A DNA stretch of 64,000 bases, taken from contig OZ024759.1 in assembly GCA_964016885.1 (NCBI GenBank), positions 14,508,001 to 14,572,000 on the forward strand, given 5' to 3'. This document shows, piece by piece, positions 26,521 through 64,000 of this stretch (positions within the stretch are counted from its first letter, which is position 1; the number at the start of each line of letters is the position of its first letter). The notes under the pieces were generated by a model. That model did not search any database. It was not told the origin of the DNA and worked only from the letters and a program-made list of their open reading frames with translations. This DNA comes from Eledone cirrhosa (lineage: Eukaryota). Position numbers and translations under genes: made by a program.

Positions 26521-29500
26521 ATTTCCATCTTTCTCACTCCTACTTTTTCACCGCTGTCACCTGTCAAACTGGAACCGAATGATCTCGTCCTTCTTTTCTT
26601 CTCTCCATCTTGCTGTTGTGTCTCTCTCTCTCTCATGTGGAATATGTTCTGTACTTCTCACCTCACAGGATGTTTGGAAAACAACCCAACCAAGCGTAGT
26701 TACTACTACTACTACTACTACTAATGTTACTACTGCTACTACTACAATAACAACAACGGCAGCAGCAGCAATATGGACCATACTAACCCAGTGACAACAA
26801 CAACAACAACAACAATGACAATGATGACGGCAACAATAACGATGATGATGATGATGATGATAACAATGATGATGTTGATGATGTTGGGAAATGTGTAAAA
26901 AGCGAATAATAATAATAATGATTGTTCTGATTTAATCACAAAGCCAACAATTTGGGGGTAGTGGAGGAAGTCAAATAAATCGACCCCAGTACTTTACTCT
27001 ATAGACCCCTAAGGATGAAAGGCTAAGCTAACCTCTACAAGATTTGAAATCAGAATGTAAAGGGCCATCACTATATGCTGCAAAGCGTGTTGTCTGACAC
27101 TCTAACAATACTGCCAATCCATCACCCAATAATAATAATAATGATTTCTAATATAAGCACAAGGCCAACAATTTGTCGGGGAAGTCAATTATGTTAACCC
27201 CAGTTTGTGACTGGTACTTTATTTTATTGGCTACAAGGGTCCAAGATATCGGAGGCAGAAGAATGGAAAACAAACAAGAAACAGTAGGAGATTTATATTG
27301 AGGTAAGATCGTTAATTAAAATAAAGACATAATTAAAATAAAGACATATTAATAAGAGTTAATAATAATAACTACAAAAAATGGAAGGCAGGGAGTAACC
27401 ACACAGTTTTTATGTCCGCTTTCCATGCTGGCATGGGTTTGACGGGTTATTGTGGTCTGAATCAGTTCTTATGAAAGGAATTACTGATCAGCTTGGTAAT
27501 TGGAGGATCACATTTCATTTGCACATTCCATTTTTGGCACGTTTTCTATATTTGGATGTTCTTCCTAATATCGACCACTTTACAGTGTACTGGGTGCATT
27601 TTATTGTGGCACCAGCCACAAAAAAAAGTTACTATATGTTGTTAGGACTACTGAGAACTCTTGACTCCTTGTTTAGCACATTTTCTATAGTTGGATGCTC
27701 TTCCTAACACCCTATTTTATTTAAGAGGTTACTATGCCCATAGAAGGATAAAAATGTTCTCTCCACTCTATGTAGTCTTTATTTTTTTGTAAAACTGATT
27801 CTAATTTACAACAGATAGAAAAACAAACATCTAAGGTTCGATAAATGATTTGTTTTAATGAAGGAAGGTGTATTACAGAATTAAGTTATCACACCAACAG
27901 GATATAGAAAATGAATCAAACATGACAATTATTTGTTTAACTAACCTGGTATTACAACAGGATAACAATTTAACTCTTTAGCATTTAAACCGGCAAAACC
28001 CGGCCAGAATTCTCTCACCTCTTTCTGTTCAGATTGGCCGTAACTGAATTAAGGTATTGTTCTCAAAATAGATAATATCAAATTATTAATGTATTGTTCT
28101 CAAAATAGATAATATCAAAATCTCGTAGATTCGGTATTATGTGAAATAAAGTGTTTACCATGAAAATATAATAGTAAATATATAGTAATGTAAATGCTAA
28201 AGGGTTAATTAACCTAGTATTACACAGGATAATAATAATTTGTTTAACTAACCTGGTATTACGGCAGGACAATTATTTGTTTAATTGATCAACCAACCAT
28301 GAAGGAATTTCTTTTATTTTTTTTCTTTCACCGGTTATTTAACTTCTAGTGGAGTCATTGGGAAAATATGATATTCAAAGTTTGACTTTAGCTGACTTCT
28401 TCTAGAAAGACAGGAAAGAGAGTCTATGTGTGTGTGTGAAAGTGAGAAAGAGAAGAATCAACCCAGTACTAGACTGGTACTTTATTACTCAACCTTAAAA
28501 GGATGAAAGGCAAAGCTGGCTTCACTGGGATTTGAACTCAAGAGTGGAGAGAACTGGAATGTATGGCCCAAAGCATTGTGACACCCTAACAACCCTGTAA
28601 ATTTACTGTCCTGTAAGGAATTAATGAACTAAAGACTCTAAACCTTTCTCCACTCCAGAAATAGAATCATTCTAATAAATCTGTCAATCACCATCCTATA
28701 TTGAATGAATAACTTCCCCCACCCCAGATATAGAACAGTTGAAAACATGAAACGGAAATTACCAAACGGATTAAGAATTTGAAATTCTACCAGAGATTGC
28801 AATAAAAATTTATTTTAATGATGGGCATACATTGATGTTAAAGTACCACTTAAACAGGTCTTCAATAATGAAAGAAAATGGCAGCTTATTATTATTTGGA
28901 TTGGCAGAATCGGTAGAGCGTCGGACAACATGCTTAGCGGCATTGAATTATGGCCCAATACGTTCTCATTTCAAATGAGGTTAGCTTTGTCTTTCAGCCT
29001 TACGGGGTCAATAAAATAAAGCACCAGTAATGCACTAGGATAATTGTCGATTTAATCGTATATTTTCCCTCTCCTTTAAATTGCTGGCCTTGTGCCTAAA
29101 GTAGAAACAATTGTTATTATATATATAAATTTTACATTGTCCAGTGACTTCTTCATTCTTTTAACTTTAAAAGATCAGTGTCTGTTTCAATAGTGATTTA
29201 TGTGTGCATATATTTAAATATATATATATGTAAAGGCGCGTGACCTAGTGGTAAGAGTGTTGGACTTATGATCATAATGTCGTGGGTTCGATTCTTGGGT
29301 TGCGTATTGTGTTCTTGAGCAAAACACTTCATTTCACGTTGCTCCAGTATACTCAGCTGAAAATGAGTACCAGCAATAGCTGGGGGTTTAACCCTGTGAT
29401 GGACTGGTGTCCTGTCCAAGAGAGAGTCTTGTACTCTCAGTTGCTTCATGCCACAGAGACCAGGATAAACACCAGCCCGATGAGCCTCCGAGCTTAAGAC

Positions 29501-29706
29501 AGACTTTAGACTTTTGATATATATATATTATGAATAACATAATGAAGTTTCACATGAATGATTTTATTGGTTAAAACCAGTTATGAACATTTCATAGATG
29601 ATTGGCTCAAGGTCTATATTTGTATTATAGACTCAACTCCAGCATCAGTCTGCTCATCAAAGTCATTAATTAAGCAAATAATCATCATCACTTAATGTCC
29701 GTTTTC

Positions 29707-29710
<4 letters not shown>

Positions 29711-29756
<46 letters not shown>

Positions 29757-30085
29757 CTATTGTATAATGTCATGTTGTTGGTTATCATCTGGTTTCATAT
29801 ATTTTATTGGGGATAATATATCCCTCTTTATGCTCACCATTCCTCATATATATAAATATATATGTGTACATATATATATAAATATATATATATATACATA
29901 TATATATAAATATATATATATATATACATATATATATAAATATATATATATATATACATATATATATAAATATATATATATATATACATATATATATAAA
30001 TATATATATATACATATATATATAAATATATATATATACATATATATATAAATATATATATATATGTACATATATATGTATATAA

Positions 30086-30124
<39 letters not shown>

Positions 30125-30166
30125 AATATATATATATAAATATATATATGTACACATATATATATA

Positions 30167-30230
<64 letters not shown>

Positions 30231-30866
30231 AATATATATATATATGTAAATATATATATATGTACACATATATATATATAAATATATATATATATATGTA
30301 CACATATATATATATATATATATATGTACACACATATATATATATATATATATGTACATATATATATATATATATAAATATATATATATGTGTATATATA
30401 TATATGTGTATATATATATATGTGCGTGTATATATATATATATATATATATATATGCATATATATATGTGCATATATATATGTGCATATATATATATATA
30501 TGTGCATATATATATATATATGTGTATGTATATATATATGTGTATGTATATATGTGTGTGTATATATATATATATATGCATATATATATGTGCATATATA
30601 TATATATATGTGCATATATATATATATGTGTATGTATATATGTATATATATATATGCATATATATATGTGCATATATATATATATATATATGTGCATATA
30701 TATATATATATGTGTATGTATATATGTATATATATATATGTATATATATATATGTGCATATATATATATATATGTGTATGTATATATGTATATATATATA
30801 TGTATATATATATATGTATATATATATATGTATATATATATATGTATATATATATATGTATATATG

Positions 30867-30933
<67 letters not shown>

Positions 30934-30986
30934 ATATATATATGTGTATATATATATGTGCATATGTGTATATATATATATATGTG

Positions 30987-31041
<55 letters not shown>

Positions 31042-31450
31042 GTGTATATATATATATATATATATGTGTATATATATATATATGTGTATATATATATATA
31101 TGTGTATATATATATATATATGTGTATATATATATATATATGTGTATATATATATATATATGTGTATATATATATATATATATGTGTATATATATATATA
31201 TATGTGTATATATATATATATATGTGTATATATATATATGTGTATATATATATATATATGTGTATATATATATATGTGCATATATATATATATATGTGCA
31301 TATATATATATATATGTGCATATATATATATGTGTATATATATATATGTGCATATATATATATATATATATGTGTATATATATATATGTGCATATATATA
31401 TATATATATGTGTGTACATATACATATATATGTGTGTATATATATATGTG
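29711..31450. repeat. Giant TA-based compound microsatellite
   Basis: Directly visible. Confidence 0.95.
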
Positions 31451-31557
31451 CGTCAACTGGAACTAACATTGCAGTTTCCCTACATGAACAATGACATAGG
31501 TCATTAGATGGCAATGTTGGAATAACATTCATAACAATAACAAACATTATTTACAGA

Positions 31558-31750
31558 AGGCAGCGGATTGGCAGTATCGGTAGAGGGTCGGACGCCATGC
31601 TTTCCAGCATAGTTATGTCCCTTTACAATCTGAGTTCAAATCCCGCCGAGGTTGACTTTGCCTTTCATCCTTACGAGGTCGATAAAATAAAGTGCCAGTA
31701 ATGTACTGGATAATTGCTGGCCTTGTGCCAAAAGTAGAAACAATTATTTA
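31558..31750 (+). mobile_element. tRNA-derived SINE family B (Meta-like central domain)
   Basis: TGGCAGTATCGG...GAGTTCAAATCCC, GCCTTTCATCCTT.CG.GGTCGATAAAATAAAGT.CCAG, tail GGCCTTGTGCC.AAAGTAGAAACAATTATT. Copies at 24569-24762, 28895-29118, 37373-37585, 37594-37798 (+) and 61775-61950, 26920-27130 (-). Confidence 0.85.
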
Positions 31751-33677
31751 CAGAAGGCAGCACAAATCTTGTTTCAATCTTGCATTATCTCAATAAGCAT
31801 TAGAAATATTAAAATGAGAAATTGTTATAGAGAAGCCAGGGGTGATTCTTTTGGGAGGATCACAAACGAAACAGCACATATTCAAAATGGTCGCTATATA
31901 TAAATAGCTATTTAGCACACATATAAACAAAAAGCCTCTATTGCCAGATGTCATACTGCAGCAATAGAGGGAGGGAATTGGAGAGAAAAGCTGACATATT
32001 GATATTACTGTAAATTCCTCTGATGAATCCAGGAAATGATTAAGAAAGATCCGGTGATTATAAAAAAGATTTTAAAAAAATGAAAATACTTCACTTTTTC
32101 TCGATATTATTGTTTTATAAACAATAACCTTTAACAATGGACGAAATATTTTATTATGGCTAAATATTGTATTAATAACAGTGTATATATGGAAAAAATT
32201 ATATATATATATATTATAATATTGTATATATTTACATTGATATTTAAATAAAAAGAAAATTATATATATTTAAATATATGTATCTTATAATAAATTAATA
32301 AAAATTAAATTATAATATTTTTTAAAAGAAAATAAATATATATTTCAATTGTTTTGTCTTTTATTTTTTATAAAACCTTGTTTTCATTGTGTTGCACAGC
32401 TCTGTTGCTATGAAACAAAACCTAACATTTTAAAGTGTTCCTATTTAAATTATAATCTTCCAACATCATTTTCTATATGAATATATATAGGGTCTATATG
32501 TGTAGTATATGTATATTTAGGGTAGTTTTCAATGGCGACTGGACTAGACTGATTGGCGCAATAACAGTCTTGTTTATATATATATATATCCTTACTAGAA
32601 GACGTGTCAGAGTGTCTGTTGTAAATACTAAGTCCCTCCCCCGTGAAGAATGCACCTCCCAACATAGCCTAGTACTTAGTGATCTCATAGTCATGACTAG
32701 ACGTACACGACAAAGGAGGACTACCTTGAGGAGAAGAATAAGGAAGTTGAAGGACCCCACAGTCAGTGACAAATTTAAAAGCTTATTACTTGATGCTTTT
32801 GACAGTAAGGAAGAGCAATTAGAGACGTACAATATAGAGGATCAGTGGGAATTCTTGAACGTTAACCTGCTGAAGGCGACATGAAATCTTGTATACGAAC
32901 AGCAATGTTACATGAACACTGAGAAAATAAGTATTTACGTTTCCCAAATTAATCTGTATGTATGTGGCATTAGGAAGGGCATCCAACCATAGAAAACCAG
33001 CCAGAAGCAGTCCTATATGAACGAGACATGGTCACCTGACCCAACTTGCCTCTAAATGGGACAAACCCATCTAACCCATGCTAGTGTGGAAGATGGACAT
33101 TAAACAATGATGATGATATATATATATATGTGTGAGTGTGAGTGCATATATATGTCACATCATCATCGTTTAACGTCCATCTTCCACGTTAGCAGGGTTA
33201 GACGGTTTTGTTCCATTTGATGCGGGAATGGTCAGGAGACCATGTCTCACTCGCATGGAAGCGTCTCTGGCTGGATGCCCTTCCTAACACCAACCACATT
33301 TACAGTGTGAACTGGGAGCCTTTTCCCCATGTCTCCTACACGGCCACCTTACAGTGTGGACTGTTGTGTCATCGACACAGTGGACGGAACAGGAGCAGGA
33401 GGGTGGGGGTAGGGTGTGGCGGTGAGGTGTACATTGAGTTAAGAGGTGCCTACTGACTAGGTTTGTATGAAATGTGTGTATATATACATATATGTATATA
33501 TATATATCTTTATGTATTTGTTTTGTAAGATTCTTGATGCGAAATCGTGTGTTGAAACCAATATTGTTATATTTGGGGATGGTCATGTTGCCAGTATTAC
33601 TAATAAGAAGAAACACATGCACCAAATGATTTTTACTTTTTCACTTTATTTTTATTACTAGTTATTCGTTAGTTAGG

Positions 33678-33701
33678 TCAGCACTGTCCTTCTCTCCCTT
33701 G
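33678..33701 (-). CDS. NADSYN1: NADSYN1 candidate terminal exon B (QGREGQC*)
   Basis: Strong acceptor ttttttttctttag|, phase 0, TGA, two AATAAA hexamers at 33645-33656 on the minus strand. Confidence 0.45.
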   Translation of the reverse strand, partial: QGREGQC

Positions 33702-34138
33702 CTAAAGAAAAAAAAGTAAAAGACTAACACTAGTGGCCAACATGACTGACTAATGACCAACACATGACTGACCAATAAAATTGCCAACTAATACAAGTGA
33801 TCATCATAATGATTGAGCAATGACCAACACAAAGCAATTCCAATCCAAAAAATATCAAATTTTATTTCACATCTGGTATATTTGTTAAATGGTTAAAGAC
33901 TGACCAACACAAATGACCATCACATTAACTAACAATACAATTGCCAATTAATGAGAAATATGATGATTGACCAATGACCAACACAAGCAAATTCCAATCC
34001 CCAAAATATCAAACTTTATTTCGCATCTGGTATATCTGTTAAATGGTCATTTCTGGTCAACATAACAAATTTGAAGTACCTGTTTTTACCAAATGTCCAT
34101 CACAGGCTAACAAAATGTTTTTCTTGTTGTTGTTGTCA

Positions 34139-34159
34139 CTAAGGCACTGTCAACGGTAT
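34139..34159 (-). CDS. NADSYN1: NADSYN1 candidate terminal exon A (IPLTVP*)
   Basis: Acceptor ttattttattttcaag|, phase 0, TAG at 34141-34139. Confidence 0.4.
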   Translation of the reverse strand: MPLTVP

Positions 34160-34974
34160 CTTGAAAATAAAATAACATTTGGATTACTTTAGACAGAACA
34201 GCACTCAAAAGGATAAATTAATTTTCAGAAATACAACAAATAAACCTTATGAATTTCTAAAATGCTGAGAGTATTAAAAAATTTGATGCTGTGAGAGTCC
34301 CAAATACAGAAAATAACTAATAATAGTTGAGAAAATTAAGTAAATTATCCTTAGAGATGGAAAACTGAACTAAGGTGCATTTTATCATGGCACTAGTACT
34401 AGAGAGGCTGTCATGTCTTTCACAAAACTGAAGAATCATTCCAACCTTTTGTTTGGCAAGCTGTCCATGGCTGGATGCCCTTCTTAAAACCAGTCACTTT
34501 ACAGTGTGTACTGGATGCTTTTATCATGTAGACCACCAAAACTACACCGATCAATATGTCCTTGACACAGCTGAAGGCTCCTCCAGTATATGTATTCTTC
34601 TAAATCAGATACAATGGAACTAAAGGCGAATGAGGCACTTCCTCTGGAGCAGATAGAAACTATGCAGTGTGGAAATGCCTAAAAAGACTAAGATCTGGTG
34701 TTGGACGTGCAGAAGTCACTCTTGCAAAATGGGAATATTTAAAGGAAGGGGATGTTGTATGTGACTAGCATTGAACCACAGACTACACAGCACCTCCTGA
34801 TATTCCCCCTGCTGGAACACCCCTGCACAGCATTGGACTTAGCAGAGTTTAATGTGGCAGAACCTCATCAAGCCAAGCTTCATAACTGACACTTTTGTGG
34901 ACACGGCAACAACAAATCAGATACATATAATCAATTTACAGAAATACATCAAAATTAATTTTAAAAAAACATAC

Positions 34975-59303
<24,329 letters not shown>

Positions 59304-59529
59304 TGTTGTCAAATTTGATTTGGTTTCTTTGACAGTTCTCTATATATATATCCTTCCAATCCTATATATTTATATATATAGATATATATATATTCAGATA
59401 TTTATATATATATTTAGATATAAATATATTTATGTATATATATATATTTATTATATATCTATATCTCTATATATATATAGGGAGTGTAACGTGCAGTTAC
59501 TGTAGGTTCACCCAGGTGAGCATTCGATG

Positions 59530-59575
<46 letters not shown>

Positions 59576-62500
59576 TATAATTATATATACATTGATATGT
59601 ATATTTATGTATTCTTTGTGAGTTTGAGACACAGTTACCAGAGTTTGAATAAACGAGGAAGTAATAGGTTGTGCATTAATCCGCTCGAATCGGAATGTGA
59701 AATGTTGTTTGTTCCGTTGTGTTAGTTACAATTCTTTTATATAAACTCTGCTTGTCTTTCTCTCTTTGTCACTCATAATATCCGGTAAGATAAATTTACA
59801 ATTAGAGTTACTTCCCTTACTCCTATTATGGCTGCTGCTACTACAAAGTGCAGACAAAGAGATACACAGTCGCTGCAATTTTAAATAGGTTGATTCTGCT
59901 TTGTCAACAAACAAGTAACTAATTATTTTTTTATCAACGAGGTTAACCCCCCGGGGTTGAGGTGGTAGTGGTGGTGGGGAAGGGGTAAGCAGAAAGGGTG
60001 GTGGTGGTGGTTGGGAGGAGGATAAACAGAAAGGGTGGTGGTGGAAATTCGGTAATTTTTCTTGGTTGTCTCCGTTGATTTTTAAAAAAACCAGAATTAG
60101 CGGTTTAGTTTACATATTGAGACCCCAACCCATCCTCTATATTCTATAACGTATGGGATTTCTAGTAATGTACTTTTTGTTGTTGTCAAGTATAATGTTG
60201 TTTTTTTTTTATATATAAAGAAAATTAATAGTAGCAGGAATGCTACGACTTAAAATAAAATTTCGCCGGAGATAGATTAGCAAAAGGGGAGAGGGTGATT
60301 ATTCGAGACCCAAGAGTAAGTGACGTCACAAACTCATGTTTTCCAGCTGAGTGAATTGGAGCAACGTAAACTAGAATGTCTTGCTCAAGGACACAACACA
60401 CCTCTCGGTACAGGAATCGAACCACAAGCCTCACGATTGTGATCCGAACGTTCTAACCCCTAAGCCACGAACATTCAAAATACATTAATAATAACGACAC
60501 AAGGTCAACAATTTGGGGGCGGGGAAAGTCGATTAAATCGACCAGAGTGCGTTACTGCTACTGTATTTTATTGAAGAGCAAAGATAACCCTACGGCGGGA
60601 TTTGAATTCAGAATACTATAAGTCGCGAAGAATGTTGCTCGACCCTCTCCCGCTACAGCCAACCCACCACGTTTTTCTTAAGCTTAATAATGAAAAGTTA
60701 GTTCTACTTTCCTTAGTCCACTTATTCATCTGAGGGTCGTGGGGGCAGAGTCCTCAAACACTCCCTCCAACGGGTCCTGTCAGAAGCAACTATCTCCAAC
60801 TGATCCGGCTGGACCCCCAAGCGTGACCAACTAAGCTCATGGATGTTATCCAACCATCTTTCTCGGGGTCTCCTACTTGTTGGTTTCGTCCGTAAAATCT
60901 ATCCAGCGATTCTTTCCTGAGACATTCTAACCACATGCCTATAGTATCAGAGTTGTGATATCTCAATTCAGAGAAGTAGCGGCTCTGCCTGGAATGACTC
61001 TCTGATCTCTGAGCTACGCACTTAGTTATATTACTAAATCCTTTCAGGGTTTTCATTTTCAAAATAATTTTGAAAACTATTGACAGAGACTTTCAATAGA
61101 AATTTGGCAACGAAAACGACATCAAAAAATATTTCACCATAATTTTATGCACACCTTTGTTATTCACCACGATAGGCGCTGAGCTAGCCAGCCGCAGGTG
61201 TGAGCCTCGCGAGTTTGAATGGCTCTTTCAGCGCATCTCCCTTACCATCCTCTGGGGAAACGCCTTCTCCATCCTGTCCGCCAAGGCTGTGGGGAGGCCA
61301 CCACGTGGGACCTCATTTGCTCACCATACGGATTAATAGGCAAAGTTATAAACTATTTTAAATAAATGTCTAATGATTCCATTTATACCATAAACAAAAA
61401 AAAAAAAAAAAAAAAAGAGCCATAATTCTATGTTGCAAAGCATAGGGTGTCTGACGCTCTACCAATACTGCCAATCCACCGCCCTATAATAAAAAATATT
61501 AAATAATGAAAGTAATGTGGAGGAGCGGCGGATTCTACGCCCCAGTCTATGTGGTATATCTTATCTGCGCCTCGTGGACACAATGACGAGCAAAGACATT
61601 GTGTCCATAGATAATATACAGCAACACTAGCTACGCCATTCACTCCACCTCACCAGGCTCCTTCTTCAGGCAGTATGCACTTTTCTGATTTTTTCGGAGG
61701 AAAGCGGCAGTTCGGGGATATATAACTTTGATATGTTTCGGCCAGTATTTATGTGATATATATACAAATATAATTGTTTCTACTTTTGGCACAGGGACAG
61801 CAATTACCCCAGTACATTACTGGTACTTTATTTTATCGAACCCGTAAGGATGAAAGGCAAAGTTAACCTCGACGGGATTTGAACTCAGACCGTAAAGGGA
61901 CGTATCTATGCTGGAAAGCATGGCGTCCGACCGTCTACCGATACTGCCATATAATATACACACACACATACACATATGTATATATGTGTTTTTAACGATC
62001 TGAAAAGTGCTTGATACCATGGTAGAGCATATTAATTTATTTAGGTTGATTGCGGTGGAGAACAGACAGCGATACACATTGCGTCAGCCATTACACCAAA
62101 CGGGGCTCCTTCATTAGGTGGAACGCACTCCTCCCAATTTACGCAGAGGAGTTCGGGAAATGTGAATACCAGTCTGATCAACAGCGACCAAGACGAAAAG
62201 GAAGCGGTCAGAAAAGTCCCAGTATCTGGTTAGCTTCCTTTACGCTGTCGTATAGGCAGGAGTGTCTGGGTTTGTGGCCGAAACGACAAGATTAGAGGTG
62301 GAGAACTCGTCGCAGCACATAGCAACCAGCATTAGAGATTTACCTCCCTTGGACGACAATATGGTTATCCCGCCTGGACGCTCACCATCATCATGGTCAC
62401 TGCAGGCAAAGTCCAGTTTTAATTGATATCTGCAAGTAAGCATATAGCAGAACGAAGAAAAAAAATGTAAAATAAAGAAAGAATATAAAAACGATACATA

Positions 62501-62639
62501 TTTAGATGTTGTTGTTGTTTCTGGTGGTGGTGGTGTTCAACTACTGGTCACACCAAACGAGTAGAGCAACTTACCAGTTATTATACTTACACTTGCTGAT
62601 ATACAATATACAAGTGGAACCCGTTTCTTCTACAACAAC

Positions 62640-63265
62640 TACAACGGTACGCGATGGGGCCCACCCACAGCCCCGGCGGACAGAATGGAGAAGGCGTTTC
62701 CCCGGAGGACGCCGAGGGAGACGTGCTGGAAGAGCCACTCCAACTCGCGGGGCTCACACCTGCAGCTGGCCAGCTCAGCGCCTATGGTGGTGTGAAAGGA
62801 GGTAGCCCTGGGGCCGAGGACACCAGAAGTCTCCACTGCCAGGGGTACGACCGCAAACCTGTCGGAGAGCAACCGGTATTTGAGGAGTTTGGCCCCCTCA
62901 GCCCGACGTGCAGCAGAACCTGGGTCAGTCGCAGACTGCACCAGGTTGCAGCTGCAGAAAGTGTCGGTGCACGTGGCATCCCAGACGATGGGTTTGCCAC
63001 CGCGGAACGGGAAGATGGTCATGCCATCTGGCCTTTTGCCGTCCCCTCAATCCAGCCCCACCGGCTCGAGCTAGGAAGGGAAGCCTGCAGCGTCCAAGCC
63101 ACGCTTAATGACCTCGTTGAGGACAGCATAGCGTGGAATGCGGCCGGCACTGTGGCGACAGGAAAGCGGGTGGAGGCCGAAAGAGTCCACGGTGGAACCG
63201 CAGCGACATTGGTGTGGCTGGCAGATCCGGAGGCCTAAGCTCAGGGAGGAATCTTTTAAAGTCAG
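62640..63265 (-). mobile_element. CRE-like non-LTR retrotransposon 3' fragment (Zn-knuckle + RLE endonuclease), frameshifted
   Basis: CRCG..GLHPLSC, RPDG..VWDATCTDT, VPLAVETSGVLG, WLFQHVSL..RGNA. Confidence 0.8.
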
Positions 63266-63319
63266 CAATTCTGAACAGATGAGAAAACATACTGAGACAA
63301 CTAAAAGAAAACTAGTATT

Positions 63320-63480
63320 ATATGTATGTATGTCGCATGGTCGGGTAGTCGGCGACTAAACCGGCAACCCCACTAAGTTTACTTGGTGAAGAGGGTGATT
63401 TTGGACACCCTGCAGGACAAAAAACAAAACCTGACAAAGGGCGGAAGAACTCATAAGAGTCAACGGCTATCCAAAAATGT
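63320..63480 (+). mobile_element. Dispersed repeat (third short element); inverted copy at 45520-45700
   Basis: CTAAACCGGCAACCCC..CTTGGTGAAGAGGGTGAT.TTGGACACCCTGC shared between both sites. Confidence 0.65.
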
Positions 63481-63547
63481 ATAAATATGTATATATATGT
63501 ATGCATGTATATATATATATCAGGAATTTTACCCGCCCGAGATATAT

Positions 63548-63618
<71 letters not shown>

Positions 63619-64000
63619 TATATACATGTATGCATGTATATGTATATGCGCGGGGACATAGAAATAATCGGGCTGGATACCCGATCACGTGGTTAAACCA
63701 CTGGGAGTGAAGGACCCCCTTCCGAGCTCTTGTCAGGGCATTCTTCTAGGAGAAGGCAACTCAGGAAACTGGGATAACCCCGTCATAAAACCTGCGGCTC
63801 AGTAGTTACCGATGATGTTGATCTTTTCTTCTTTTCGGGTTATAGCTATTGTCGCTATTCACGCACAGGCATTGCACGATAGAATTAATTAAAAATTATT
63901 AATAATGGTATATCGTGCAATGGCCATACTCGATAAAGAGGGGGCAGCCATCATGTATGTATGTATGTATGTATGTATGTATGTATGTATGTATGTATGT

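Noticed and set aside
25901-26794. 297-aa ORF with 10-aa repeats (EPTNLPLYIV)
   Set aside because: A 30-bp minisatellite read in a stop-free frame; non-ATG (TTG) start and no domain.
32015-32045. CTGATGA...GAAA hammerhead-like motif
   Set aside because: No convincing stem II or stem I pairing.
59828-59884. MAAATTKCRQR... as the start of a divergent gene such as DHCR7
   Set aside because: Stops after 18 codons with no good donor and no recognisable similarity.

Overview
AT-rich, microsatellite- and transposon-dense animal DNA. The SINE/LINE complement looks like a coleoid cephalopod, probably an octopod (inference, not verified). I reconstructed two spliced genes by hand, all introns GT-AG and all phases consistent, arranged tail-to-tail. 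(1) A UCP1/2/3-clade mitochondrial uncoupling protein on + (5 coding exons, 8912-23229, 321 aa). It is preceded by a candidate 5'-UTR exon containing a 36/37-codon uORF, which echoes the glutamine-responsive uORF of mammalian UCP2. (2) A glutamine-dependent NAD+ synthetase (NADSYN1) on - (18 firm exons 59303-34975 plus an ambiguous last exon, about 700 aa). Introns and the intergenic region hold a full-length RTE LINE, a 5'-truncated CR1/L2-group LINE with an open RT frame, a broken mariner, R4/Dong- and CRE-type fragments, two tRNA-SINE families, several MITEs, many minisatellites and very long (TA)n arrays. Structure not captured by the ORF track includes at least seven Penelope-type minimal hammerhead ribozymes (three sense-oriented inside NADSYN1 introns), long fold-back hairpins, palindromes centred on (TA)n, and a templated 300-bp capture inside a MITE end. 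Most ORFs in the track are microsatellite artefacts.
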